Shown: positions 36,258 through 55,289, counted from the whole stretch's first letter. The stretch is DNA of 63,829 bases, filler included, from Atractiella rhizophila (GCA_021432655.1; 4 parts of 4 records of this genome joined end to end with filler, not necessarily neighbours in it), one strand, 5' to 3'. The notes: a model not told the origin generated them from the sequence alone. A program made the numbers and translations.

Positions 36258-39200
36258 ATGCACCTCTCCTACCTCCTTCCGACGCTCCTGCCCTCGCTAC
36301 GGCCACCCCCTTGCACATCCCCCTTCTGGGCCTTCCCTCAGACTCCCCAACACAAAGTCCCAGTTCGAGCTTCGTCTACCCTTCATACAGGAGCGCAAAG
36401 AACACTCAAAACTCATATTACATCACCCGCACAGACCAAAACATCCTCGCTGCATTGCGTCCGAAAAACGGAGAAATAAGTGCGTGTCCTGCCTCCTTCT
36501 TTTCCTCAGTATTTATTGATAATATTCATGACATAGTATGGCGCCATGCATTTGATTCCCTACACGAACGATTAGTGGACCATAAAGTCCACCACGAATT
36601 CTTGTATACGATCTCCATCCCCCGTTCGCCTGCTCACTCCCCCAAATCGTCCGGTTCGCGGCTGAGGAAGATCGACGTCTTCTGGGGACGGGTGGTCTGG
36701 GAACGCTCGTTTCCGGGGCTCGTCGAAGGACTGAGCGTGAGGGAGACAGAAAAGGGAGAGGAGGTGGTCGTCTACAATAACGCTGAACCTGTAATCGTGG
36801 TTCTTGGAGAAGGAGACGATTTGAGAGCGGATGCGAAGCAGAAAGGATGTGGTGTCGTTGGATGGGACGCGGAGGGAAGGAAGAGGTGGGGGTGGGAGTG
36901 CGGGTCGTACGTTTATTTCTTCCCTTTTCTTCCCTCTTAGTTGTTTCCCTTGATTGGAAGAACGGCTAACATGGAAAAACTCTGTGTAGGGAAGGACCTT
37001 CCATTCTGCTCAGTGCACCTACTAAGGAAGGCTTCGCCGTCGTCACGCCCAGCTCTCTCCTCCGCTTGTCCGCAACCGGCACTCTGCTCTCGCGTCACAA
37101 GCTCCCGCACGCTCTCGACTACAGCATGCCTTATTCTGTCCTCCCCATGCCATCTGGTCCATCCTCGTGTACATCCCCGACACGTACAACGTCTACACTC
37201 TTGCGCTGGGCGGAGAGAAGGAACCAAAAGCCCAGCTCAGCCAATGGAAGCACAAGCTGATGGGCGAGAGGGGTTTGAAGGATATCGGACTGGGAGAGGA
37301 TGGGTACATCATGGTTTCTGAACAGGAGAGGGGTTGGGTCGTCGCTAGGAGCAACAGTGATGGAGCGCTGAGCCAAGTGTGGGAGTTCGGGAAGGATGTG
37401 AGCTCTCCTTGTTTGAAGACCCACTCTGACGGACCTACTAATTGCGCAATGTAGGAGGCTGTCTATACTGGTTTCAAGGAGCTGGAGAAAGGCACGCCTC
37501 ATATCATTCGCATTTCGTACTCTCCTGTCCTAGGGGTAGGTTTTACCACCCCTTCTTCCAAACAGTTGACTTAGTAAAGATATAGCTCGCCAACTTTCAA
37601 CATCTCACTCCCAACCCCAAATCATCCCCCATGATGTCCGGATCCACCTTTCCTTTCAAACAATCCATATACGGAAAGGATAGCGGTTCGTTTTCCTATC
37701 GTCCCTCTTTCCCGGCTCTCTCCAAATTCAAGTGCAACTTCTGATTTTCTTGACGTGACAGGCAACCATTGAACTCAAGCCTTCCGCCTCTGGCGCGCTC
37801 GCGAGTCGCATAATGATGTATACGGACCAAGGCACCATGCAGTTATGGCAGGAGGGAAGGGAGATGTGGACGCGCGAAGAAGGAATGACGAAGTGGGGAG
37901 AAGGCAGGGTCGTCCTTTTGGAGGATCCCGAGGAAGTTGTGGAGAAGTTGGAACATGACGCAGCTGAGGTACGTTTGAATACGCTTTCTCCTTTTCAGAG
38001 CGAAGGAAGTGATATTCGGACTGTACCGCAGATTCCGTTGCCCTTCATGAGCCTTGCTGGAAACGTATCTCTTGCGGAAAGAACGGGAAAACCGATCGCT
38101 GTCGGCTCCAGCCTTAACGGATTGGTGCATGCGCTCGATATGAGCGAGGAGGCGAAAGGGAAGGTTCTCTGGTGTCTCTCGCTCGGTGCTGGTGTGGAAA
38201 TCGAGAAGGTGGAGCGAGCGGAGGAAGGTGGACGCGTCGAGGTGTTCTCGAGGCAGAGGAGATGGACCATTGAAGCTAAGACCGGACGAGTTATACTCGA
38301 CCTACCACGTCCACCCGTGAAGAGATATGATGTCGAACCCAAGACTGTCGACGTAATCAAAAGTTCGTATCCCTTCCTTCTGCCTCGAACTAAAACCGTG
38401 AATGCTCATTTAAGCGACGTGGAATAGCTGTTGTTACTTCTCCTATCCGTACGCTCGGAGATGGCACGCACCTGGTGAAATACCTCAATCCACACCTCCA
38501 AGCACGCCTACTTGGCACAGCCCTCGAGATCGTTGATTCGTCGACAGGCTCTCTGATTGACCAGTACGCGGTGGCGGCGACGCACGCTCTTCTTGCGGAG
38601 AACTGGCTCATCTTTACTTACGAGCCGAGCGAAGTCGGCAGATGGACTACCATCGTTAGTGTGGAATATTATTGGGATCAGAAAGAGTCAGGGTTAGTTT
38701 CGTTCTTTGTCCCTCGTCAGCCCACTGACTTAGCCATAATGTTGCCATTTCTAGAGTGATGAAGATCGAGCAAGCTTTCCGATGGGTCGGAGGAGTGAAG
38801 ACACTTGGAATTACCAGTACGCGAATGGGAATCACGACAAAGAACCTGCTCGGTGTGTCTCTCCTTCCCATCTCGCAAAGTACACACGGCTGATTATGGT
38901 GGTGTTTGATATTTGAAGTGGCAACTGAAAATGGTCAAGTGTACAACATTCCACGCAAGTTCCTCGACCCACGTCGGCCGATCGGAAAGCCCTCGAAAGA
39001 TGATCAGGAAGAGATGCTCATCCCTTACGATCCTGTCATTCCCCCCGAACCACGTTGGATCGTTTCAGGCCCTTCACAGGTACGTTTCATCTTTGTTCCT
39101 CACGACCTTCCCGGAGTGCTGACCGCCGATGTCTCCGGTGGCACAGGTGCTTGGTGTGGAAGGAGTCGTGTCTGCGCCGAGCAGGCTTGAATCTACATCC

Positions 39201-39386
39201 TTCGTGCTCGCTTATGGCGCGGACCTGTTCCTCGATACCGTGGCTCCCAGTCAACCTTTCGATATCCTATCGGACAGCTTTAATAAACATCAACTTGTGG
39301 GGACTATCGCTGGTTTGATGCTTGGGGTGGGCATTACGAGACCCATGGTGAAGAAGAAGCAGCTAAGGGCAAAATGGTATTCGTAG
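36258..39386 (+). CDS. EMC1: ER membrane protein complex subunit 1 (apparent frameshift near the 5' end)
   Basis: NILAALRPKNGEI/VWRH, WTREEG, KYLNP, ENW, FLDPRRP..LIPYDP, LESTSFVLAYGADLF..PSQPFDILSDSFNK and a C-terminal TM ending W. Confidence 0.88.
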
Positions 39387-39469
39387 AGTACATTTACATC
39401 GTAATGATATTTGTTTGTTACATATCCTCTAAGCCAAGTCATTCTGAACGATAGCGGTCGCTCTTTAAT

Positions 39470-40589
39470 TTACCAATGGGATAGTAAGAAGTCGTACATC
39501 CCCTTCATCTCGCTCGTCTCAGAGTCGTCGAACTCGTGATCCGCGCCGTCGATTTCGTCGTATACGTGTTCCACGCCAACCGCACGCATTTTCTCGACCA
39601 ACTTCAAAGTGGGTGTCTTCAGAGTGAAGCTGCATACAGGAAGAGGAACCGAGCTCACCGACCGGGATTGTTCGACTCCAGCCCAAATATCAGCGGATCC
39701 ATGTGTGACATACGTCTATGAAATCCATCGTCAACTAAACAGGTGGCTAGATATCAGCCAGAGAGTGACGGACAGGTGGGAAGTCTTTCGTCAACCTCTT
39801 TGCCGGCACATGCTTCTCTTCATCCATCCTCAACAGCGTGGCCAGATTGCCTTCCTGGACCATCCACGAATAGATGTTCCACCTATCACCCTTCCCAACC
39901 TCTCTGTGAGGGTTTCGATACTCGCTCAACACCTCTCCTTCGAGGTCGAGGTGTGCCGCTAAATCGGAGGTGTTGGATTGGGAGAAGGACGGGCGGGGAG
40001 TGGTGAAGAAGGGGCCGAGAGGGTTCGTGATCGGGTAGAGGCAGAGAGTTGATGTTGGTTTTGGAGATATGGAGGAGGACAGTGAGAGGAGGAGAGCGAG
40101 GTATCCCCCTATGTCCACTTGGGTTGGCACGATCTGGCTAGGAGAACGGAGGCAGAGAAGTAGAGAACGAACCTGCGGAGGATCCGCTCAAGGCGTACCG
40201 CGTCCTGTCGAGCTGATACCCTTCTGGAAGTAGGGAGGGAAGTTCAGATAAGGTCCAGGAAATGGCGGATTCTCCATCTTCTATCACCTGCTGGAGTGTG
40301 GCTTGTGGTGCCAGACGATAGTCAGGGGATACGAGTGCGAAATCGTACTTTTCTGCCTGGCAACATCGTCACACATTGGCATCTGCACAGTGTTGACTCG
40401 GAAGGAACGCACTGAACGCTTTTGGTGAGGCATGAGAGATGTGCGGGAGCCCATTAACAGACCTCCCCCGTGGAACCAAAATAGAATGGGGAGCGGATTC
40501 GCGGGCGGTTTTGAGGGGAGATAGACGTCGAGCTCTAGGTCGAGAGATGGGCTGATTCTCTTGAATGTGAAGGAAAGGGGGGACGTCAT
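39470..40589 (-). CDS. Alpha/beta hydrolase (HSL/esterase-like)
   Basis: LDVYLP..PILFWFHGGGLLMGSR, GxSAG/GYL elbow split by an intron, and C-terminal GADHEFD. Confidence 0.85.
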
Positions 40590-41233
40590 GCTTAAATAAC
40601 TGAAATATGGATTAGCTTTGACTGTTCCACATCGACGCATGATAACCTTTAAAGCTTTTCGATTCTCTCAAGAAGGTATATCTTCTCTTTGCTGCATTCA
40701 TGTCATTTGGTCTAATATGATAGAGACAGGGTTGGCTGCAATGTAGAGAACATGCAAAGGGCCACAGCACGATGGAATGATCAAACAACAAGCGCCCTGC
40801 TTCAGACTATCATGTCTACAAGAAGTCTAGACAATTGAGATAATAAAAAGGTTACTTCGATGTCATTTTTGAGCTGCTCGATGGGGTGGTAGCTCATCAG
40901 ACCGATATATAGTGCAGTAATGATGATGCTTTGGACAGCTGATACCACTTGTGAAACAAGGAAAGGGCTCACAAACAGCTCTTCAGACAGTCAAGGCTCC
41001 TCCCTGTATCGCTATGCCTAGCTATACCATTGGTATTTATCAAAAGAATCAGGTGAATCTTGGAAATGCGCAACTACTCCCGCGCAAGCGTAGGCTTTCA
41101 GGTGCATTAGCATAAGCACGCGACCACCGTCAGCAGCAGCCTACAGTAGCCTTCACCCGCACCAAGGCCAGCAGCCACAAACATCAAGCTGGCCGCGTTC
41201 GAGTCTCCGCTGACGACTCCCTTCCTGCACATC

Positions 41234-43137
41234 ATGTCCCCTCCCCCCGCCAAGGCAGCCTCTCTCTCCCCCTCCCAATCCACCAGCCCCTCCTCGTCCA
41301 CGTCCCACTCGCCCAGCTCCATTGTCCTCTCCACGCCCCCGCCGCTGCTGTCCCTCCTCGCCTTCGAGCCCTTCCTCGCGCTCGTGCTGAGCTTCCTCCA
41401 GATACTTAACTGGAAGCAGGGGAGCAGGTTCGCTGCGCTTAGCGTCACTACGGGGTGGGTTCTCGTGTGTCTTTCTGGGAGGATCGGGATGGTGGCGAGC
41501 GTAGGAGCGGGTGTGTGGCTGTTTCGTCGGAGCGGACGAGGTGGTGGTGGGAAAACCAAAAAGAGAGCCAGTGTGGAAGCTGTAGGAGAAGGAGAAGGAG
41601 AAGGAGAGGCGATCCAAGACCCCGAGCGGGTGGTGAAGAAGCTCGTGACGCTCCAAAAGCTCAAAGAAGAGCTCGAGCTCTTCTGGACGCCCACGTCTCC
41701 CATCCTCCCTCCCCGGGCATGGAAGGCGAGAACCCTCGTGCTCGCGCTCGCCCTCGTCTTCCTCCTCCCACCGCACATCTCGCTCCTCCTCCTCGGCCTC
41801 GCCATCCTCACCCTCCGCGCGCCGTTCACCCCTCCGCTCGTCAAGTTGGCGACGTTTTGGACGCGCAGGGGAAAGTCGGCGATCAGGAGTACGAGCAAGG
41901 GAGTGCGTTTCGGTGCGGGAAGTGCGGGAGGGAAGGAGGAGGAGAGGGAGGGAAAGGAGAAGAGGGAGCTTTTGGTCCTCTTTACGGTGTGTGAGAACCA
42001 GCGGTGGTGGATGGGATTGGATTGGACCGCCGCGCTGTTGCCGAACGAGAGAGCGAGCTGGTGAGCTCTTTCTTCTCCTTCATCTTCTTGCCCTCTTGTT
42101 CGAAGTTGGGACGTTTCCTCAACTCTGATCGAACAAAGAACAAAAAGACATGATCTGACATCAGCATTGCTGTTGCTGTAACAGGACAGACATCCACAAT
42201 AACCCGGTCTCTCCACCATCCTCCTTCCAACTCCCTCCCTCCACCGTCCTCACCACCTCCGCTCCGACCTCCAAATCGCCCAACCGCACCATCCGGAAGA
42301 CGCTCGAGTGGAAATGGGTCGACAACGACTGGGAAGTCAAGTTTTCGGACGAGAAGGGACGCAAAGCGGATTCCGCAACCAAGGGGACATTTGACGATTG
42401 GAAGAACAAGCTTAAATCTCACGGAGGTTCAGAAAGCTTTTCTTCGTCCTCAAATGTCAAAGAGAGGGAGAAGACGACACAAGCTTCTCCAGAAACGAAT
42501 ACCTCGGGCATTCACCCTCCCCCTTCTCCGGCGAAGGAGTCGGGTGAGAAGAAACCATCGGTTCCTTCAGCGACGAACCTGGCCACTTCGACCCTGGGCA
42601 ACTACCTCGCCTCCTCCCTCATCCCCTCCTCCATCTCCAACCCCGCCTGGGTCCAATTCTCCCGTTCCCAACCTGGATCCGGAACGACCTCAACGTCGAA
42701 TCCACAAGACTCGTACCTGACCTCGTTGGAGAACGTGGCGATGGGGAGCACGGAGGTTTTGGATGGGTGGGAGGTCGATAATGAGGGGTGGCAGTATGGA
42801 GATAATCATTGGGAGAAGATGGGAAGTAAGGGAGGGATGGGGAGGTATACGAGGAGGAGGGCTTGGTGGAGGAGAGCGGTGTTAGTCGAGGTTCGTTCTC
42901 CTTTATTTTTCCCCTCAAATTGCTTATATTGCGGAACAGGTCGTGGAAGTCGTGGAGGGTAAACCGAAGGAGAAGAAGGAAAAGGAAAAGGAGGCGAGGA
43001 AGAGACGATCGTCGTCTAGACATTCGAAGCCCAAGATTGTGCTCTCCGAGAAGGAAAAGGAGAAGCTGAAGGAGGCGGCGATCGAGGAGGAGGAGTCGCC
43101 GGGGAAGTCTTCCGCCGTAAGGATCGTTCTTATTTAA
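41234..43137 (+). CDS. Peroxin of the Pex23/Pex30-32 family (TM hairpins + dysferlin domain)
   Basis: ENQRWWMGLDWTAALLPNERASW, WKWVDNDW and EGWQYGDNHW..RYTRRRAWWRRA. Confidence 0.85.
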
Positions 43138-43198
43138 TGTAGTGCATAGGAGGAAGAGTACAAAGCAAGCAAAGACACGGAGGGATAGAAAACTTAGC

Positions 43199-43298
43199 NN
43201 NNNNNNNNNNNNNNNNNNNNNNNNNNNNNNNNNNNNNNNNNNTTAATTAATTAANNNNNNNNNNNNNNNNNNNNNNNNNNNNNNNNNNNNNNNNNNNN
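43199..43298. other. Assembly gap with artificial TTAATTAATTAA linker
   Basis: Same 100-bp N/linker structure as at 23553. Confidence 0.95.
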
Positions 43299-43510
43299 GT
43301 TTTGTGAGAGATTTTGAGCGGAGAAGCTATCGTAAGTCCTCTCGCAGGTTACTCTGGGTTTCCCTCCAGTTTTCATCCGTTCCCTCCAGCTCTTACCAAT
43401 CCCATAAGCCCCTTCCACAAAGCCGTACTCCTCCCTCCCCAGGTTCCCAGTGTCCGGTGTTGTTGACCGTCCAATAACTAACAAACCCGTTTCTCCCACT
43501 CCCTTGACCA

Positions 43511-45247
<1,737 letters not shown>

Positions 45248-45446
45248 GCATTGGAACGCTGATGTATGCATTCCTAAAAAAAAGCCATTTATACATTTCC
45301 TACTTAGGCACTTCGACGTTTTGTATTTCTTAGGGTGTACTGGTCACTGCTGATTGCGCGTTAAAATTGTTACATGTCTCGCAGCTCCAGAGTCCAAATA
45401 ACAACTTGCAAATCACATTCAGGTAAAGCTGGGAACTGCTTGGTTG

Positions 45447-49781
<4,335 letters not shown>

Positions 49782-49978
49782 TGTGGTCATCCAACCTGTC
49801 ACTACAGAACTTCTACCCGAACTTCTACCAGGACCAGGAATCCCCTGCAAATTTCGACCAACGACAAACTGCTCTCCTTCGGCCACATCCCTCCCTCATT
49901 TATCCACATACACGCCTGAAACTGTCGGCATAATTTCTGGCATAATTTGATACTGCTCTTCAGCTTTGGTTGAGTGGT

Positions 49979-50932
49979 ATGCCTCGCTTTCAAAACTTTC
50001 AGGTGCGTTTCTCACTTGCTTCTAAGCGACACAAGCGACACTCACACCGGGTACTAGCGCGATTACAAGCACCTTGTACTTCCTGCACGAAAGTCTATTG
50101 CCTTTTTCCCATGGTTCCCCCAATACGGTGGAGGATGGAAGCAGTTACGGGAAGTACCTCTGAAGGACCGTATCCCTCACTGGAACATTGTCCCCGGCGA
50201 TCGTGTGCGCGTAGTACGCGGGCCACCAGGCATGCAGTTCTGTGATGGGAGAGTAAAACGTGTCCTTCGACGTTTCAATGTCGTGTTTCTAGCAGGACGG
50301 CCATTCCAAGTAAGTTCTTCTCACAAAGCCAGCAAACAATTGCAGACCTCTGTGTACAGAAAAAAACGGTCCACAAATTCCGTTCCGCAGACCTTGCGCA
50401 TCATTTTAAACGTCCACCCATCTCTTATGACGACATTCCAATACATTACAGTACGGTCAGACTAATCAAAGAGGGATCGGATGGCAAAGTGTGAGATCTG
50501 GCTATGAACCGCCGCACGCATGCTGAAGTCAGCTCTAGTAAAGTTGCTTCTCGCGTCAAGAGAGGTCCTGTTTCCCGTCACCCCAATGGAATGTTGTTTT
50601 GGAAACGATGGGGTCTCTTTAATGGGGTTTGGGAGGAAATCCCGGTACAAACGGCCCCCGTCAAAGTGAAAGTAAAGCAGGAAGCACCAGACGGGTTAGG
50701 TGAGCACTTCTACGCTCCAGTCCGCCGCCCTCCTTCTGACCACGCAAATCCAGCCTTCAGCCTGACAGATTGGGAGGAAGCATCGAAAGTTACATATCAA
50801 CCGACGTTGACCCCGAAGGCGGAGATCTTGCTGGGAGGTCTTCAGGCGGCCAAGCGAAAGAACAATGACTTGCCATCTGAGATGATCTTGAACACATTAG
50901 AGTTACGGAGAAACTTGAGGCGCAATAAATCT
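49979..50932 (+). CDS. Mitochondrial ribosomal protein uL24m (MRPL40)-like KOW domain, probably the N-terminal part of a fusion with the PPR ORF
   Basis: Spliced reading MPRFQNFQ/RDYKHL..VPLKDRIPHWNIVPGDRVRVVRG..GRVKRVLRRFNVVFL..IPIHYS. Confidence 0.7.
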
Positions 50933-50977
50933 GTAGGCCTCTAATCTATGTACTGGTAACCAATAGGTATTCAGTAG

Positions 50978-53434
50978 GATTTTGGAAAGCCACGGCCAAG
51001 TTCTTCCAGTATCCTCAGCGGGAGTACCCGGCAAGGTCAAAAACGCATGTTGTCGAACACTGCCCATGCTAGGGTGCATCCCAATGCCCAGGACCCCCAC
51101 TCTCCCCTCTTACCTCAAAATGGCACCAAATGGGATGCACCTGCTTTAGACAGTCGCTTAGATGTTTCTTCCATGCCTTCGATCGGGGAAGGTTTTGACG
51201 AGCTCGACTTTCCTAACGATAGCACCACCAAGTCAACCCCTTCACCGTTGCTCCCTTCGGATGTTAAGGACGAAAGTCCGCTGTCTGTCATGAACCAACT
51301 TTGGGAACCTCCTCTTCCACCTGCTCAAAGAGACGAGCATAACAAGGCGATGCAATCCATTCTTCTCGGCCTTCGCCAGCGACAGCCTAACCGTCTCCTT
51401 CTTGATGGGTGGAAAGTTTTGGACCGTCTAGGAACAACCGAAAGAATAAAAAGAGATGAAGATGTGGTGCAGATGGTTCACATTATTACTAGTGAAAAAC
51501 TTGACTTCCTCTACGGCAATTGGGACTTAGCTAAGAGATTTCTGTTATGGGCGTTGGAGCGATGCGGTGTTCGGGTCATTGAGATCGCATGTTGGCAACT
51601 CCTTCGACAGCTCGAAACTAAGAGGTGCATCGAGATCTGGGAAACGGCCAGTCCGCACCTTTCCAGTGTCGAAATCAACAACAAGAGCAGTCTCTCCATC
51701 GGAAACTCATTTTTGGCGAGTGTTTTAGCACACGCTTTGGCAAAGGATCGCAAATCGTTCAAGGAAACGCTTCCCCGTCTCGTGCAAAGTTGGCCAGACC
51801 TTCCATACTTGCATATTCGCTCCCTGCCTCGCCAGAAAGTAGACTCCTTTTTTCGAGATGTACCAGAAATTAAAGATGACGCCGACCGATGTCTCCAATG
51901 GGCAAAGCAAGCCATATTTGTCATCAAGCTCAAAAACGCGGAAGACCCAGACGAATATGTTCGCAGCTCCGCAGACAGTTGGACTAAGAGGAATGTGCCA
52001 AGAGATCTGGAGGATCTTTGGGAAGACTACCGCGCGGCGCTAAACGAGGGCGAAACTCAATGGATCGAGTCCTTCAAGGCGGTCGATGATTCAGAGGCGG
52101 TCGACGACTTCGCGCGTCAACTGTGGGGCAGCAGTTCCAGACCCGTGGAAGGGAACCGTCAATTGATTCCTAATGCCACCATTAATCCTGCTGTCCTTCA
52201 GGCTTTCCTGATGTGTTTCACCCAGCATAAACTCGACACCCATGCTGCGGAAGTTTGGTCGCTGATAAAGTCTTTCGGTTTTCATCGATTCCGCTCCAGC
52301 TGGTATTCTGTTCTGTGGATCAATATGAAGACTCGCAACCTGAGGAATCTCAAGATCGCAATGGTGGATATGAACCAACTGGGACTCAAGCCCGACGCAT
52401 TCTGCTATGCGTTGTTGACTAAATGCCTTATGCAAGAGGCGAGAGGATCTCATGAGCTCGATTCAGACAGTCGGAGACAAATTGAACTTCAGGCCCAGAA
52501 ATATATGGATGGTATCTTCCAATCGTCAAAAATGCGAGAACTAGAACGGGACAACCGATTCCACCCAATAGTCTTCACCACTCTCCTAGAAGGATTTCTA
52601 CCCATGCGACGAGAGCAGGATGTCGAAAATCTCTTCACTCTCGCCAAGGAACTCTGCCGTGGATCACCAGTGGAGCTATACAACACTCTTCTTGAATTTC
52701 ATGGGCGAAATAAAAATCCTGCCATTGCCATGCAGACTATGTCGATGACGTTGAAACGAATGGTTGCTGCCAACGTCGAACCAAATGGTGGGACATTCGC
52801 CATCCTCATGAAATACGGTCCACGACACGCCATCCCTTCCATCATCGAAAACATGCGTAACATGGGGCTGCATGTTTCCATTGGCACTGTCATTCAAAAA
52901 TACATTGCCTCTCTGACACTGACTGGGAAGCTGGCGGACCTAGAGACTGCAGTTTATGTCATTTCGCAAGTTGAAAGTCGATTTTCTGATCGAGACGGCT
53001 CCATAATTTACACAACTTTGATGGACGGTTTTCTGAATGCACTGAAATTTGCGGCAGAATCGGAATATCACCATAAATGTCTAAACAGTGCTCTTCAATG
53101 CTTGGAACATATGATACACAAGAAATACCCTGTCACCACGACAACTTATAACATTCTGCTGTCCGAACTTTTGCAGGTTGGCACAGAAGAGACGGTTACT
53201 CGGGCGATGGAGGTTTACGAAGCTCTTCGCAAACGTCTCCAAGGGTCTGCTCGCTCTCCGAAACTGGAGCGTTCGTATTACTTTCTTCTGAGGACATTAT
53301 GGCGAATGGGCAAAACGGATGAGCTGCTGAAGGTACTGTCAGACATGCGTGCAGATGGGATCCTCCCCACAACTGAACGATTCAAGAGGCTTTTGGAGCG
53401 GATATATGGTGACAGCAGCCCTTTCAATTTCTAG
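50978..53434 (+). CDS. Large PPR protein (single exon), probably spliced to the upstream uL24m-like exons
   Basis: 795-aa ORF with PPR motifs (GLKPDAFCYALL, VELYNTLL, NVEPNGGTFAIL, TTTTYNILL, DMRADGILP); frame open back to the acceptor at 50977. Confidence 0.85.
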   Translation, partial: DFGKPRPSSSSILSGSTRQGQKRMLSNTAHARVHPNAQDPHSPLLPQNGTKWDAPALDSRLDVSSMPSIGEGFDELDFPNDSTTKSTPSPLLPSDVKDESPLSVMNQLWEPPLPPAQRDEHNKAMQSILLGLRQRQPNRLLLDGWKVLDRLGTTERIKRDEDVVQMVHIITSEKLDFLYGNWDLAKRFLLWALERCGVRVIEIACWQLLRQLETKRCIEIWETASPHLSSVEINNKSSLSIGNSFLASVLAHALAKDRKSFKETLPRLVQSWPDLPYLHIRSLPRQKVDSFFRDVPEIKDDADRCLQWAKQAIFVIKLKNAEDPDEYVRSSADSWTKRNVPRDLEDLWEDYRAALNEGETQWIESFKAVDDSEAVDDFARQLWGSSSRPVEGNRQLIPNATINPAVLQAFLMCFTQHKLDTHAAEVWSLIKSFGFHRFRSSWYSVLWINMKTRNLRNLKIAMVDMNQLGLKPDAFCYALLTKCLMQEARGSHELDSDSRRQIELQAQKYMDGIFQSSKMRELERDNRFHPIVFTTLLEGFLPMRREQDVENLFTLAKELCRGSPVELYNTLLEFHGRNKNPAIAMQTMSMTLKRMVAANVEPNGGTFAILMKYGPRHAIPSIIENMRNMGLHVSIGTVIQKYIASLTLTGKLADLETAVYVISQVESRFSDRDGSIIYTTLMDGFLNALKFAAESEYHHKCLNSALQCLEHMIHKKYPVTTTTYNILLSELLQVGTEETVTRAMEVYEALRKRLQGSARSPKLERSYYFLLRTLWRMGKTDELLKVLSDMRADGILPTTERFKRLLERIYGDSSPFNF

Positions 53435-54839
53435 CTACTCTGTCTATAGATATTGTTCCTAATTACGTGCAATGCATTTTTTTAGTGTTTGGATGCTGTT
53501 AAACCATTGACAAAGGGACAAGGGTGGATGGTGTGCTCATGTGAGGTATGAAGGTTACATTTGTGATGTTCTCAGCAACAATAAATACATAATGTTGGGA
53601 TCCCCAGGTGGTCTTGGCTAGTGCAGAATTTGAGGGGCAATGACTATGTCTGTTGGTAAGCACTCACTTATTGATTGATATTTTGATGCCATGCAACAGC
53701 AACATATTTGTGATCATACCTGAATGGAATTAATTCACTGTAGCCCCTCAACAGAACTAGGAATATTTGATTCGCTTTGAACATTTGCTACTCTTGCGCT
53801 ACCCTTGTTAAAATAGGATGGACAACCTAGGATAATAGGCTAGCAGGAGTGATGCTGTAGAAGCCAAATCAGGCTTCTTTCGTATCAGCATGTGACACAT
53901 GTTTATAATCAAAATCCTCAATATTGAACTGAAAACAGGAACGAACATAAAAGCTGATGCATGAAATGCAAAATAACTCCGGCCCACAACCGGACCATGA
54001 GTCATAGTTAGAGCAGCTGAAAATTATTTTCCAAGTTCGTCAGACACAATTTCGCTCCTCAAGTTCACTATTGACATATCAACTCCTCCTACAGTCTCAG
54101 ATACCCCTATCGACTAAATTGGGATGGCAGTGCCGTTTGAAACACACTCTCTTCCTCTCCTAATCTTTCCCTCTTCCCTCTCCCACCTCTCCTGTCTTCC
54201 TACAGGATGTACTCATTCTGGATGCTTTCCATCCTATCCTACACCTCCATGACTTAGGTTTTACCTCTCTTTCCAGCTTTTTACCTAGAATGAAGAGCCT
54301 GCAGCCATTGATAGGAGCACGAAACACCTTCTCCAATCAACTTTTTTGCTAGTTTCGTGTGAGGTGGAAATTGGAATGAGCCGAAATCAGAGGAGATCTT
54401 GGGTTGCCATTTTGTGTCAACAAGCAGAAGGAAGGGAACATGGAAGCAGTAGGTATAGGAATATACAGTAATATAATTACTTTCTAAATCACAGTTGATC
54501 CAGAAGCAAACCATACCTGAAGAAAACTCCAACCTAGAGAATGCTAAATGAATGAACACGGAACGAAACAAGAACACTATAAATACCGCATCCAAAGACC
54601 ATTGAACAAAATAGGGAACACTATCCTAACACCACTTTACCACTATCCAAACTTATTAACGAGCTCAAGTAGCACCAATTTGATGTTATTGGATGTTGTT
54701 CCAGTAGTATGATTTTGGCCAAGATTTATGCCACTTGAGCATCAACCCCTAAGTCAATACCATAAGACCACTAACTAAAGGAAGCATGTTATTCTAGGGC
54801 CCGAACTTTAACACACACTCTTTACCTTGGTAAATTATA

Positions 54840-55102
54840 AATATTAAAAGACGAGAGAAATGGACACTGGATGGAGCTAGGGGACAGCAGTTAGTGGTCA
54901 AAGATGATGACCAAGACTGCCCCTTAGGTATGTGAAATATTAAAAGACGAGAGAAATGGACACTGGATGGAGCTAGGGGACAGCAGTTAGTGGTCAAAGA
55001 TGATGACCAAGACTGCCCCTTAGGTATGTGTTTCCTCATCAATCTAAGCATCTTTGACCACCAACTGCTGTCCACTGGCTCCATCCAGCATCCATTTCTC
55101 TC
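54840..55102. repeat. Rearranged LTR fragments: ~95-bp tandem direct repeat plus a foldback
   Basis: AATATTAAAAGACGAGAG..CCCTTAGGTATGTG occurs twice (54840-54934, 54936-55030), followed by the opposite-orientation LTR 3' end ending CTCTCA. Confidence 0.8.
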
Positions 55103-55289
55103 AGAAAGAAGTACTGGGAAGGGGCCAAGCATCTTCTACAATACATCAAACGCACTCAGAACTTATGAATCAAGTACTCTGCAGCTGGTTTTGACCTCAA
55201 GCAACCTTTTTACACCTTCTGCAATGCAGCTTTTGTCAGATGCAAGGATACTGGACATTCTACCAGAGGTTATCTCCTTAAGATAGGCA

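Noticed and set aside
41107..42219. Long antisense and alternate-frame ORFs (370, 207 and 179 aa) over the peroxin gene
   Set aside because: Shadow ORFs of GC-rich, low-complexity coding sequence; no recognisable domains.
54840..55030. Direct repeats that could be mistaken for a CRISPR array
   Set aside because: Eukaryotic context, no unique spacers, and the unit is a copia LTR fragment.
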